Shown in pieces: positions 63,010 to 64,000 of a stretch of DNA of 64,000 nucleotides (positions within the stretch are counted from its first letter, which is position 1; each line of letters starts with the position of its first letter). The position numbers and the translations under genes were made by a program. The DNA comes from Squalus acanthias. Taxonomy: Eukaryota. The notes beneath the pieces are model-generated. The model worked only from the letters and a program-made list of their open reading frames with translations, was not told where the DNA came from and did not search any database. The stretch is from positions 17,112,001 to 17,176,000 of the forward strand of contig CM059438.1 of the NCBI GenBank assembly GCA_030390025.1, written 5' to 3'.

Positions 63010-63182
63010 TAAGCTTGCCCAATTAGTGCCAAATTATTGGCAGTTGGTGCTGTGGACAGAGATCCACTGGGAATGGGCTGAGATTGCCCAAACTCATTTG
63101 ACCCAAGACCCTTAACAGCAATCAGAGAGAAAAGACTTTCATTCTATTTGAGCTTGGGCCCCAGAGGGGAAAGGGCATTCAA
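63010..63182 (-). mobile_element. LF-SINE-like SINE fragment
   Basis: Minus strand CCTTTCCCCTCTGG...AAATGAGTTTGGGCAATCTCAGCCCATTCCCAGTGGA...TGTCCACAGCAC...TTGGCACTAATTGG. Confidence 0.5.
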
Positions 63183-63418
63183 TTAAAAAAGCCAACTTCC
63201 TAATCACACTGGGAAAGTTTAATCTAACAAATTTCATACACAGGTAAAACCAAGTTCTTACAAATTGCAATAGATGGGTATGAATGGGTACGATACAAAC
63301 AAAATGAAAAACTAAGATGTTGCTTTAAACAATATACTGAACATAAAATATTAAGTGAAACATGAATAACCATGTTCCAGCATGTGATTATATACAGAAT
63401 GTGAGGTTTTATTTTCTC

Positions 63419-63419
<1 letters not shown>

Positions 63420-63456
<37 letters not shown>
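63420..63456. repeat. C37 homopolymer (G37 on the minus, transcribed strand)
   Basis: Direct count. Confidence 0.95.
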
Positions 63457-63458
<2 letters not shown>

Positions 63459-63625
63459 GTATTGAACACCTCTCGTCAACAAATTAAAATGAAGGAAATA
63501 TGATTTGTTTTTGGCATCTTTAATAAATACGTTCGAGTCAATTTTAAAAAAAATTTATTTAATTGACGTGTGCTGGCAACATGATGAGAGAAACTAGCTC
63601 AGAGGAAATAGAGACTTATACCTAC

Positions 63626-63985
63626 CTGAATTAACACTCAGTTGAATCATCACTGAACGACATTGGGTTAATGATTACAGCCTGGATTTGCCTGTGGTGA
63701 TGCTTACCACCCGATTTACCATTTCCCCAATGGCAACAAAACTGGTCATAATAAATGAACCAAGGTGGGACACAGGCACAACAACTAGAGATAGGAACAT
63801 GCCTCTGTTCCAAACCCCAGAATTGCCCCTAATGCTTGTCCCCCAAGTCTTTATACATGGTTGCAACGCTGATGGGTCAAGTGAATTTACTGCACCCTCC
63901 ATCCCCTTTTGTTTGCAACTTGTTTGGTGGCAGTGGTGAGGATGAAAGTTAAAGTGGGAATTATACTGGCAGCACTGCAAAATAC
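63626..63985 (-). other. Possible non-coding or poison exon (about 360 nt)
   Basis: TGCTGTAG| acceptor at the window edge, CAG|GTAGGT donor, stops in all three frames. The acceptor context is truncated by the window end. Confidence 0.25.
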
Positions 63986-64000
63986 CTACAGCAGTAAACT

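Overview
AT-rich vertebrate genomic DNA, most likely from a cartilaginous fish (shark). The species call rests on the repeat repertoire: CR1 and L2 LINEs, SacSINE1/DeuSINE-like SINEs and Penelope-type palindromic relics. The window appears to be mostly intron of one large minus-strand gene that I cannot name. Its visible exons are a well-supported 102-nt phase-0 internal coding exon (50595-50696), a candidate upstream first coding exon (55209-55313), and a TE-free cluster of candidate alternative first exons at about 4.6-9.5 kb. Several of those end exactly in ATG|GT, and one encodes a 41-codon alternative N-terminus, all in phase 0. The region 17-63 kb is dense in decayed retroelements, two TA-flanked MITEs and several long fold-back hairpins. 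I see no prokaryotic features, CRISPR arrays, rRNA genes or tRNA genes. Most ORFs in the supplied track are spurious or TE-derived. Repeat-family assignments come from remembered consensus features, not database searches, and repeat boundaries are approximate.
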